Shown one piece after another: positions 49,633 through 64,000 of a stretch of 64,000 bases of DNA. Positions within the stretch are counted from its first letter, which is position 1. The number at the start of each line of letters is the position of its first letter. The DNA is taken from assembly GCA_951406725.2 (NCBI GenBank), contig OX597836.1:23312001-23376000 (forward strand). The letters run 5' to 3'. The translations under genes were made by a program, and so were the position numbers. The notes beneath the pieces are model-generated. The model did not search any database, was not told the origin of the DNA, and saw only the letters and a list, made by a program, of their open reading frames with translations. The stretch comes from Octopus vulgaris. Its lineage: Eukaryota.

Positions 49633-51028
49633 AGAATCGCTAGAGCGTCGAAAAAAAAAATGCTGTAATGTGTTTATGTTGTGAGTTAAAATCCTGCCGA
49701 GGCCCACTTTTGTCTTTCAATCAGGGAAGAGGTTAAACGATGTTATCGGTATATCTATCCTTCTGTACGTTTGTTTATCCGTCTTTGTCCGTATATCTCT
49801 ATGCAAGGAATCTTGGGATGAAGCAGAATATATTTCGTTGGTCTGGCTGTTCATAATAAAAACAACATAAAACCCAAACCAAGCAATGTGAGTTCTTCAT
49901 GCTGAGTGGCCTAAACCACATGCCGGCATTCACACACACACACACTGAACGAAAGTTACCTTGACAAATAGTTTCACTACTCGAATACTCATCAGGTCAA
50001 TTAGATCACTGGTCTAAATTCGACTTAATATAAGTTTATTTGACGTTAATCGATCGCAGGTAACTTCCCGAGAAAGTAACAGTTTCTGATTTTTAAAAAA
50101 ATTAAGTAACAAGAATTAAGAGCCCACCTCAAGAAACAAGGACATTCCTCAAGTAAATATGATCTCAGAAATCCTCAGTTGGTAATATAGTCACCTCACC
50201 AACCGCACCTTCAGCTTTATAAGAAAATTATTCATTTCCGGATAATATCGGTGTTAAAAGTTTTCCACGAAATATCTGTACAAAAAGAGAACGAAGCAAA
50301 AACAATTTGTGAATAAAAATTAAAATTCAATGCTAAATTACTTTAAAAAAATTAAAAAAAGCAGCACAAGTTTTGTCTCGAAATAATCTCAGGAAACCAT
50401 GGATAGAATTGCACATGGAAATAGTTGTAAAAGAAATGAGGTTAGAATTGTACTCCGATGAAAGAAGTGAAGATAAAACTTCAGTATGAAATTGTTCCAA
50501 AAGGAAGCGAGATAAAATTTCACCATGTAATTGTTCCAAAGAATGCGCAAAAGCCTGTAACTTTGCATTGAAACACCTGCCAGATTATGCCATTAGATAT
50601 TTCAATGGAAATACCAGAAAAACTAAGAATTACAGAATGTAAAGAGTAAAAGTAAACAAAACATTTTTATGAGAAATAACGCTTTGTTAGACGCAATCAT
50701 TCTCTCAACACCGCCGTCTGTTTTGCTATTTTACTGCATAAATGGTTTAGCAACGCCAACCGTTTTCAGTCTTGCTTTTAATGAATTCAAAACTAGTTGC
50801 ATATAACAGCTGCGAAGAACTTCTGGGCTGCTTAAAAGGTTTTGGGGGATTTGAGCTGTTTATATATATATATTAGAAAATCTGACTCTATTTGCACGCG
50901 TGACAATGGTTTTATATTGTCCTCATATGAGGCTTTTCCAAATGACTCTTTCCTGAAAGAATGAAACTTATTGGAACCGAAACATTGAATAAGTGCATTT
51001 CTCTGACTATATTAAAGTGACTATATTA

Positions 51029-51259
51029 GGCGGCGAGCTGGCAGAATCGTTAGCATGCCGGGCGAAATGCTTAGCGGTATTTCGTCTGTCGTTACGTTCC
51101 GAGTTCAAATTCCGCCGAGGTCGACTTTGCTTTTCATCCTTTCAGGGTCGGTAAATTAAGTACCAGTTACGCACTGGGGTCGATGTAATCGATTTAATCC
51201 CTTTGTCTGTCCTTGTTTGTCTCCTCTGTGTTTAGCCCCTTGTGGGTAGTAAAGAAATA
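51029..51259 (+). mobile_element. SINE family B, full length
   Basis: TATATTAAAGTG duplicated at 51008-51019 and 51260-51271. Confidence 0.92.
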
Positions 51260-51294
51260 TATATTAAAGTGGTTTTTCTCTTTACATATCTGAT

Positions 51295-51850
51295 TAACAA
51301 GGCTTCTAACAAGCTACGACTAAAAATTATTCAGTGATCCGTATTATGACATCAGAACTGTATGTTGTCCACATCCAAGATACTCCATGTCCAACGGCTC
51401 ATTCCACTTAGTTGTAAGGAGACACCACGGGATAATATAATCCACCGTTGAAAACTACCATAGAACTGTGGAGTTAATGATTATTTAGTTAAATTCTAGC
51501 TCTGAGTTGGGTTCTTGCGATGGATATAACCAAAATAGATGCTGTGACCTCTAACTTGCCTCTCTATATTTATAACAATGCTTCTAACAAGCTACGACTA
51601 AAAATTATTCAGTGATCCGTATTATGACATCAGAACTGTATATTGTCCACATCCAAGCTACTCCACCTTCAACGGCTCATTCCACTTAGTTGTAAGGAGA
51701 CACCACGGGATAATATAATCCACCGTTGAAAACTACCATAGAACTGTGGAGTTAATGATTATTTAGTTAAATTCTAGCACTGAGTTGGGTTCTTGCGATG
51801 GATATAACCAAAATAGATGCTGTGACCTCTAACTTGCCTCTCTATATTTA
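51295..51850. repeat. Tandem duplication, 2 x 278 bp
   Basis: TAACAA.GCTTCTAACAAGCTACGAC at 51295 and 51573, with few substitutions. Confidence 0.92.
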
Positions 51851-52474
51851 AATGTTACAATGAAAGTAGATTTCGTTTCTCATTTCATTTATATATTTAC
51901 GAGCGCTTGAAGCAACTAAAAAATTATAGATCTTGGTAAAGCTGTGTTGCTAATAACAGTGTTTTACTCGTTAATGGTTACTCTGTAAGTAGAGAAGGCG
52001 GTTAAATGATAGAGTAACACTTTGGCTCAGTTAGTTTAACCAGTTATTCTTGTAGTTGTTGTGCAGTTTGAACAGAGAAATGGCGGACTCTCACCCACTC
52101 ACCAACAACATGGAAAGCTTTACTACTCGTCCCGGCCTATGCTTCTCTCTCTCTCACACACACACATACACACACACATATGCACACTCGCGCGCACATA
52201 CACTACGTATATATACTGGCACTCCGTCAGTTACGAAGATGAGTGATCCAGTTGATTCAAGTGCATTGGGATCGAACATGGAACTAAGTGTTTACGAAGT
52301 GATTTTTATCGTATAGTTCTATATTTAAGAGATGAGGGATTACGTAGATTATTTACATTAGTAACATTTGACGGACGTAGATAATGTAAATAATGTAAAT
52401 AATGTACATAATTTGCATGTACCACGTCCTCGCGTTGTTGTTTTTCTTGTGTTTTTTTTGGGGGGCGGGTTAAT

Positions 52475-55617
<3,143 letters not shown>

Positions 55618-56063
55618 TGATCATAGAAAAAATTCTTGTTTGTCTCCATTCAACCAAGAATAAAAAACCCCTCCCCTCTGACAGATCTAAATAACAAAGT
55701 GAACTCAATGATAAAATATACAGACGGAGAGTAAACATACTACTATGATGTTCTTAAGAATGAAATCAACCTCTCTGTCTGTATATCTACCCTCTTTATA
55801 ATGTTGGCCAATGAAATATTGATAAGAATGTGCATTGTCCATTTGATTGGAAAATTCTTTAAGTGGATGAAGATTGCTCGACATATTAAAACTTTGTTTA
55901 ATAAAATGAAGTAGCATGAAACGATTTTACTACTCTACTTTGTATATACTTGTTGCTTATTTTGATAATAATCACCCTATTTGATTTATATGGATAATAC
56001 CATACAAAATTCTGATGCCTTTAACTTAAGTACCATATTCATCTGAATCTAAATTTTGGTGAA

Positions 56064-56130
<67 letters not shown>

Positions 56131-56776
56131 AATATTAATAAATAATAACAATAATAATATAAGTGGCCAGGAAGCATTAATACCAAAAAGGCAAATTTAT
56201 AAATTTATAATTAATTATTAATTATAATTGAGAGTACACGAAGTACCGGCGTTGCTAGAAATAAGAGTCGAAAAATACTCAAATAAGCCCCAATTTCACT
56301 GAAAATTTAACAAGCTGACGAAAATCGGAGTAACGAGTAAAGGTCAACCTACCATTGCAGGTGAAAGACGCAAATGAAATTCGCAGATATACTTATATCA
56401 CGTGATTTCCAACTTAGAGATATTTCTCTTAGTTCTCCTATCAGTAGGTCTCGCTGTCAAGAGTTAAGCTCATACTCGCTTCGTTATGCCTATTAAAATC
56501 GTTGAAAAGACTAAAAATCTGAATCCAATCTATTACCAATCTTAAAAGTATTACGTCACTCCACGGTGTTGCACCGCACTGCATTGTGCTATAAACATTC
56601 ATTATCAGTAAAATAAAACATTATCAATTAGACTAAACGTTATCACCCTTCAATATTTCATTTGTGATTGCTTCGTGAAACAGTGTTTACAACTGCAACG
56701 GCAGTGACAACGAAAACAACAGCAGTAACAGTGGCGGCGGCGGCGTCAGCTGCAGCAGCAGCAGCAACAGCAGCAA

Positions 56777-56809
<33 letters not shown>

Positions 56810-56999
56810 CAGTAGCAGCAATCTCGATAAGTAGAGTAAATTAAAACAAACATCATCACTGCCATCATTGTCATCACCATAACATCACCAGTACATTCAC
56901 CATCACTATCACACTATATCTGCCTTCATCATCATCACCACCACCACCACTACCACTACCAATAACAGTAATAATCATCATAATAATAATAGCAACCAG

Positions 57000-57036
<37 letters not shown>

Positions 57037-57717
57037 GCAATATCGACGCTTGTAATATATTTATATTTATATCTATCACAGTGAGCGAGACTAACTGGTA
57101 CTCACTGACAAGCTGACTTCCTGCCAATTCTACAAGAAATGAAATAAAAATAAAGCAAGCCAGTATATTTTATGAATCTCAGAAGGTGGCATTTATATTG
57201 CCATGGTTTCATTTTGGAAAAATGTCCTCTTAAAGTAACAAGTGAAACTGATTCAATCGGGTATCGAAACCAGGTCACCGTATTTGCTTACCATGTCTCT
57301 CGGAGTATCACTTTACAAAGTCACATTACACATTAAACATTCAAGTGACTTCGTGGTGTTTTAAGTTCTTGTGGTTCCAAAGAAACAAAGTTTTCGATGT
57401 GGAACCAAATTCCAGATGGGATGCCAATTGCTCTACCAAATTTACCCCAGGCACATTCCTCAAGGCCAACCTCTCTCCAGAAATTTCAGATCTCAATTCA
57501 AGTCGAAAACCATTATTGTAATACTGAGGAAGCAGTGGTAGCAGCAGCAGTAGCAACAACAACAACAACAACAAAGCTCTTTTCGCATTCAACCATGTAT
57601 AAATTCTCTATTAATACTTTAAAATGTTGCTATTTCTAGCAGGTCGAGTTACCATGTAGGAACTTCCTCATTGACTCGTGTACCACGAGTAATTCTGAGT
57701 TCGGCATAGAAAGTAGA

Positions 57718-58012
57718 ATATATTTGTTGCCGTTGTTGTTGTTGTTGTTTAACCCTGAGAACGTTGAAAAGCAAAACCGACTCCGGGTGGTTTGAACGTG
57801 GCATGTAGAGGAGAGAGAATTTGCTGAGTACCTTTCATTTGACACTGAGTAGAGTTGGAGACTTCACTCAACGAAAGCAATTTGTTGTCGTTGCTGTGGT
57901 TAATATTATCTAGGTTCCTGCTTTTTCTGTTGTTTAAATCAAGCTCAGTTCTTACCGAACAGGTATAATAAAAGGCGTTCCAGTTGCGACCATTCCGCCT
58001 TTTTTAAGCCTT
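57718..58012. repeat. ~295-bp direct repeat, copy 1 (copy 2 at 59413-59707)
   Basis: Near-identical ATATATTTGTTGCCGTTG...TTTTTAAGCCTT; the two 'MSNERYSANS' ORFs reflect it. Confidence 0.9.
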
Positions 58013-58610
58013 TGTGTATCTAGGATTATAGGCGTCATTCCTTTTTGAAATACAAACAGGAATGTTAATGGTGCTTCGCTTGTTGCTAATGCTGCTATTG
58101 TAATTGTTGCTCTCATTCTGCTGGTGTTGTTGTTGTTGTTGTTTAATTCTAGATCACCTCTGATCTCGCAGACTTATGCAAGTGTGACGGGCTACCATTC
58201 ACACATCTATTACTTCAGGTCTATTATATCCCTGTTTGGTCAAGATAATACTGCATACTCCCACGTGCAGTGGTTAATAGTATGAGGTACACACAATATA
58301 ACAGTCTGTCCACTGTCATGGCTATTTCTGTAATCATGTTGTCGTTGTTGTTATTGTGATTTAGACTCAAATCATCTTTGAATGACAAACCAATGATTGC
58401 ATTAACCAATGTATGAAGAGACAAAAAAGAACAAAAAAAAACACAAAAAAACCAACAAAATGGACAAGCGCTTATATATGGCGTTAAATTATTTACAAAA
58501 GATGTTACATAATCGTATGTATAAACATATTTGGCGAAGGAGATATAACCGTTAGTAGTTCTTTACACCTGTTTCGAACATGCAGCGGCTGGTTGATGCA
58601 ATAATGTACA

Positions 58611-58772
58611 GGCGCAGGCGTGGCTGTTTGCTAAGAAGTTTTCTTTTCAACCACATGGTTCCGGGTTCAGTCACTCTGCGTGGCGCCTTGGGCAAGTGTC
58701 TTCTACTAAAGACTCGGGCCGACCAAAGCCTTGTGAGTGGATTTAGTAGATGGAAACTGAAAGAATCCCGTC

Positions 58773-58818
<46 letters not shown>

Positions 58819-59065
58819 TTGGATGCATCTATCTATGTGTATGTGTGTCTTTGTGTCTGTGTTTGTTCCTTTATCACCGCATGACAACCGATATTGGTGT
58901 GTTTACGTCCCCGTAACCTAGCGAGTCAGCACGAGAGACCGATAGAATAAATACTAGGCTTAAAAAATAAGTCCTGTGGTCGATTTGTTCGACTAAAAAG
59001 CGGTGCTCCAGCATGGCTGCAGTCAAATGACTGAAACAATTAAAAGAATAAAAGAATATAAAGAA
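58611..59065 (+). mobile_element. SINE family A, full length
   Basis: Homologous to 6418-6870. Confidence 0.9.
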
Positions 59066-59412
59066 TTAATGATTTAATGGCATATGTAAGAGCTTTTTCT
59101 ACTGTCTCTTTATTACCGTCTCGATCTATACATTTCTTCTGCTCAGCTCTTATTGATAAGGATGGTCAATTAAAAAATCTCAACTCGTCCGGTGTTCTAT
59201 GCAGGAATTGGTCTACAGAGTCATCAACAGCATCACCATAAAGGAATAAGGGAAGCAAAGAAGAAACTAAATTCTCGGATACGAAAGATAGCCACCGCCG
59301 CTACTGCCGCCCAATCTCACCCACATCGACTTTCACCTTTTATAGGATTGAAAAAATAAAATATTTGGTTGTAGTTTTTTTTTTTTCCGTGATACTCCTA
59401 ACCACCGACAAT

Positions 59413-59707
59413 ATATATTTGTTGCCGTTGTTGTTGTTGTTGTTTAACCCTGAGAACGTTGAAAAGTGAAACCGACTCCGGGTGGTTTGAACGTGGCATG
59501 TAGAGGAGAGAGAATTTGCTGAGTACCTTTCATTTGACACTGAATAGAGTTGGAGACTTCACTCAACGAAAGCAATTTGTTGTCGTTGCTGTGGTTAATA
59601 TTATCTAGGTTCTTGCTGTTTCTGTTGTTTAAATCAAGCTCAGTTCTAACCGAACAGGTATAATAAAAGGCGTTCCAGTTGCGACCATTCCGTCTTTTTT
59701 AAGCCTT
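59413..59707. repeat. ~295-bp direct repeat, copy 2
   Basis: See 57718-58012. Confidence 0.9.
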
Positions 59708-60311
59708 CTGCTTGGGTTAGGAACCATAATCAGCTACTTCAGTCAAAAATGTCTTTTCTTAATGACTCAAACGATGATATAAATCTAGACAGGTGTGTTC
59801 ACATTACTGTTCAAGTTTAACAACTGCTTTTAAGGAATTCTCTATCAATATCAGCCGGACAGAGTATGACAACTTTCTTGTACATATCCATGCTTATACC
59901 AGAAGGTAACGAGCTGACGTCTTTACAGAAGGAATGAGTCATAGTTCTGATTAAAAATGGAATAATTAACACATTTCTTACATAGCACAATGATTTAAAT
60001 AGTTGGCGTAATTTCTTAGTTACCCTGCTTACTTCTGACCTACATAAAAGTCATTCGGTATTCTCCCCCCCACCTCTCTCTGCTTGTGAAAATTATGTCC
60101 GGTTTCTTCTGGAACTTGGTGATCGCTGAATGGGATAAAGCTATAGATTCGTGTTATCATCTTTTAAAGCTATCCGCTGGGGTCAACTCTGCCTTTTACT
60201 TTTTCAAACTTGATAAAATAAAGTACCAGCCAATACTAGGCAGTACATTATCGACTATACCCGTCTACCCTAACTTTGCAGGCCTTGTACCAAAATCTGA
60301 AACAACTAACA

Positions 60312-60362
<51 letters not shown>

Positions 60363-62088
60363 TTTATTGAGTGAGAGAGCAGTGCATGCCATCAAAGTGA
60401 CACGGGTAAAATATACGAAGTCCATAAGGGTACACCAGGCACATGCATCACAATCATATGTGTGCGACATGGTGATAAACAGTGCATGACCTTGCATGTG
60501 GGGGCCTGGTTAGAATTTTCTTCAGGTCAAGAAGCCCATCTCGCCCATAAGGTCCCTGAATAAGGTTTGGTTAAAGATGATGAAAAAACACCCATATTTC
60601 CAGAGATGAATTATCTAAACCCCAAAGAATTCCTCTCAACAAATAGCTATGATGCTACCCCACTACTTCTCGTAATCAGAGATGCACATATCGTCAGCCA
60701 GCAAGAGACATGCTCAACTGGTTAAGGTCAATTTCATTCATTTTCTTTTACTCTGGTTTACCTCTTCTCTTGCACGATATTGGCCAAGGAATGGGTTTTC
60801 TCTGTATTTTTGTTTTCTTAAATATATCTTGAAAATCCATTTTGATTTTGTCCTTTGTTGTTTTTTTTTCTTAACCTTTACAGTCGTATTCCTCATTATC
60901 TAATATGTTTTATCTTTCTATTTTATTATTTCCTTATATACAGAGGAAAATTTTAAATCGTTCTTTGACAATTCTCTTTTACACTTATTAGCTTCCTTTC
61001 GCTTTATTCTAAGGTTTTTTCCAAGTCCCACTGGTATTACTTTGTAATAGTGTTCTATTTGTACCAGACCTCATCATCTTTATGTGCAGGATAGATATAT
61101 TCCATTTACATGAACTTCGAGAAGATTCGGAACACTCTTAGTAGTTTTTTTTGTTGTTGTCAACACCTTTTAATTAATATAGCTTCGAGTTCATGTTTGA
61201 ACTGTAGTTTTTAAGAGGGATGGCTAATGTATATATATCAATTATGTAATTACTAGTACTGAATTCAGTTTTTTAATATTAATCTGACACTTTTGTTATA
61301 TTATTCTGTCTCGTTTCGTTTTTTGTAAAAAAATATTTTATCAGTTTTGTCAACTCCTAAATATTTGTGTTGATTATTCTAATTTAATTCTCTGATTTCG
61401 GTGTAAAATATTCTTAGTTCTCTTCTTATAATTTATTGCTGTGACACACTTGTCAAATACCAGGCCTATTCTTATGTCTTTGGCGAATTTATAGGAGGGG
61501 AAAAATCAACCTTCTCAAGAACTACTCATTTCCCTATGACGTTCCATAAAACTCCGGTACTCCTGGACTGGTCCACTTCAAGAAAGGTCTCGAGATAAAA
61601 CATTAATAAAGAGTTAAGCAAGGGTGTATTTGCCGCAAATTTCAGGAAGATGCTAATATCGACAGGAAGTGTAGCCTCTCTTGGAATGGTGACCGTTACA
61701 TCACGTTATATTTGAAGGTTATATTTTAGCGATCCAAAAATAATACAAAAAAAAAAAAAACCGGAGACAGCTGACAACTGGCCAGAAAGTAGTTCATGGT
61801 TGACGGGTTGAATTACTGGGTCATTGTCTCATTAAACAGACGATTGTCGACTTCCGTTCTATGGATAGCTTTGACCAATAACGACAACAACAACAAGAAT
61901 AGTAATGACATGAGCTATATCATCATCATCGTCATAATTATCATCATAAACATCGTGTCTATCATGAATAACATCATCATCATCATCATCATTAGACTGA
62001 AAAGAGAAAATCATCTCAAACAAAATAACAACAATAATAGTGATGGTGAAAATTACTACTCGCTTTTGTGATTGTTCCATTCCCCGCC

Positions 62089-62152
<64 letters not shown>

Positions 62153-62168
62153 TATATATATATATATA

Positions 62169-62617
62169 CTAGCAGTAATACCCGTCGTTGATCGGGTAAT
62201 TACTTTTACTGTCTCTCGGGCCGAGAAGCTAGAAAGATGGGTATATATCATAGAGAAGAATAGCTTTGCGGAATCCATTTGACTGCGATGGCATTGAAAA
62301 GGCTGCAGGTCAAGTGGAACATCACTGTTCATATAGAAAAAGCATTGCACGTCGTGCGTTTGTTTGGTGTTCGTTTTGTGACGTTCTTTTTTTCAGTAGA
62401 CATTTTTGTATATCAGGAATATCAGCAAATATTAGTGAAATGAAATTACAAATTCTGTGTCCTGTCAATGTTAATGCTGAAATTCCGACGCTATATTACA
62501 GGAATGGAACGCAAGGCAACAGTAAGTAATAGCCCAATGAAATTACAAACGTTGTGTCCTGTCAGTCAGATTTAGGTTTACTCGTCCTGTAAGTGTGTAT
62601 TATATAAGAGAAAAAGA
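62169..62617 (-). mobile_element. Non-autonomous Helitron
   Basis: Minus strand starts A|TCTTTTTCTCTTATATAAT (62617) and ends CTAG|T (62169). Subterminal hairpin TACCCG/CGGGTA at 62179-62198. No TSD. Internal repeat AATGAAATTACAAA..TGTGTCCTGTCA occurs twice. Confidence 0.7.
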
Positions 62618-62969
62618 TGTAATAATTGAAGTAGAAATAAGATGGATTTCATATACGAACTTCTGTTTGTTCTTCAAGTTGCAATCCAGCAACTTTTAGA
62701 GTTTGGCCCTGACTTTTATTAATGCTCACAGCAGAAGAAAATGACTTAAATTTGAATGGGACATTAGATGGTATAACTGGCATGCAAGGAACGAAGACGG
62801 TGTCACGTTTACCATAACCAGTGAGAAAATTTGCCTCAATGCAGTCGTCATAGGTTTGTGCACAATTAGTGTTGCATCCCTTGAACCATTTACTTTCACT
62901 TTATGGGACAACCAACACACAAACGGACAGAATATCTGTTTTATATATGTATATATATATATATATATA

Positions 62970-63157
62970 CGCCATGATAGATCGTTAGCCACTACACACA
63001 TTTTTCTCTCTCCTTGTTTTTTCTGTGTCCCTTTCTGTAGAAGAGCGTAGGCTCGAAACGTAAAATACTTTTTCTATTCCTGAGCGTTATACTAATACAT
63101 CTGTTTGTTTTGTACACCACCTGTCTTCGCTTTTTTGTTTTTTTCGTAAACACTCCC

Positions 63158-63158
<1 letters not shown>
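62970..63158 (+). mobile_element. Family H1 HHR-bearing element (HHR 63031-63066, CUGUAGA core)
   Basis: TTT | CTGTAGA | A | GAGC-GTAG-GCTC | GAAA | CGTA | AAA. (TA)n on both sides. Confidence 0.8.
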
Positions 63159-63193
<35 letters not shown>

Positions 63194-63194
<1 letters not shown>

Positions 63195-63977
63195 GTGATC
63201 TGATCAATAAGTATCCGGACTGTTACTGAAGCACGCAGAGTGAAGCCGCTTGGCGCAAATTGACCTTGGACACTGCTGTGCAAGCGTACTTAGTTTTAAC
63301 GTTCTAGCTCACTTTCGCTGTGTAGCGTGTAACCACGACAGAGGAAGTTGAGCAGAGAATCTGCATCAAATTTTGCCAAGAGCTTGGCGATACTTGCTCA
63401 GGGACTTATGCAAAGTTTCCAAAAATTTCTCATCGTTCACAACACAATCAAGAAGATCTTGTGCAACTGAAACCGGTGTGTCTTTTTTCGTCAGCTGAAA
63501 ACAGTTTTGATACAAGTTCGGCAGACACGCGTCTCATACCCAAATCTTCAGTGATAATGGACTGAACTGAACCGTAACTAATCTGCACATCCTCTGATAA
63601 TTTCCCCTCATAGCTGCATGCACATCTGCAATGTTTTTCTCAATTCTGCCGGTTGCGGGTCTCCCAGAACGCTCATCAATATCGACATTTCTCCGGCCAT
63701 CTTGGAAACGTCTGAACCACTCGTACACTTGTGTGCAGCTCATACACTCCTCTCTATGTACTTTCTGCAACTTTGTGCAGGCCTCTGAGCAGGTATTGCC
63801 ATGACAGCTTTCTCTGTCATGGTCAATGCGACGATCACACGCTACACACCTTCCTTCCAAGCACTACTGTAACAGCGGAAGTGAACTCGAGCATTAAAAT
63901 TTAGTGCAGATGCATAGCAGAGTTCAAGGTCAATCTTTGCCATGCAACTTCATTACTATGGCAACAACCCGGAAACT
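63194..63977. mobile_element. Non-autonomous mariner derivative with inverted 5' ends
   Basis: Plus strand EVEQRICIKFCQELGDTCS (~63343). Minus strand GNTCSEACTKLQKV..QVYEWFRRFQDGR..DERSGRP. Diverged long inverted arms. Confidence 0.8.
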
Positions 63978-64000
63978 CATATATATATATATGAGAGAGA

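Noticed and set aside
49957-50000. Minus-strand CTGATGA..GAAAC..GTC hammerhead-like string
   Set aside because: Core words are present but stem I cannot pair and stem II is poor; chance or too decayed to call.
56520-57040. CCAAT x2, TTACGTCA and TATAAA followed by GCA/CAT/AAC repeats as a promoter plus first exon
   Set aside because: Short motifs are expected by chance in AT-rich DNA, and there is no ATG-led open frame or clear splice donor.
60780-61480. A-rich minus-strand stretch as a LINE/PLE coding remnant
   Set aside because: I could not recover convincing colinear protein motifs by eye.

Overview
AT-rich, repeat-saturated, non-genic (intronic or intergenic) animal DNA. The SINE families and dense microsatellites point to an Octopus-type cephalopod genome (inference from recognised repeat sequences, not from a search). 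I can support no host protein-coding exon: the ORF-track entries are microsatellite artefacts or transposon remnants. Contents: about 20 tRNA-derived SINE copies in 3-4 families (several with clear target-site duplications, TSDs); five mariner derivatives (two built from an inverted duplication of the 5' end); two Merlin-like MITEs with 8-bp TSDs; a non-autonomous Helitron; fragments of L1/Tx1, HERO-like, Dong/R4-like and Penelope-like (PLE) retrotransposons; a 3.1-kb (TA)n-derived satellite; and an ETS/CRE motif cluster. The most interesting signal is a set of short (150-400 bp) non-coding elements, mostly abutting (TA)n tracts, that carry hammerhead-ribozyme (HHR) folds. There are about ten motifs: one with a fully canonical type I core (34336-34388), four copies sharing a non-canonical CUGUNGA core, further single-position core variants and a possible type II fold. 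Several have PLE-style terminal inversions. All folds were derived by eye and none has been tested for cleavage.
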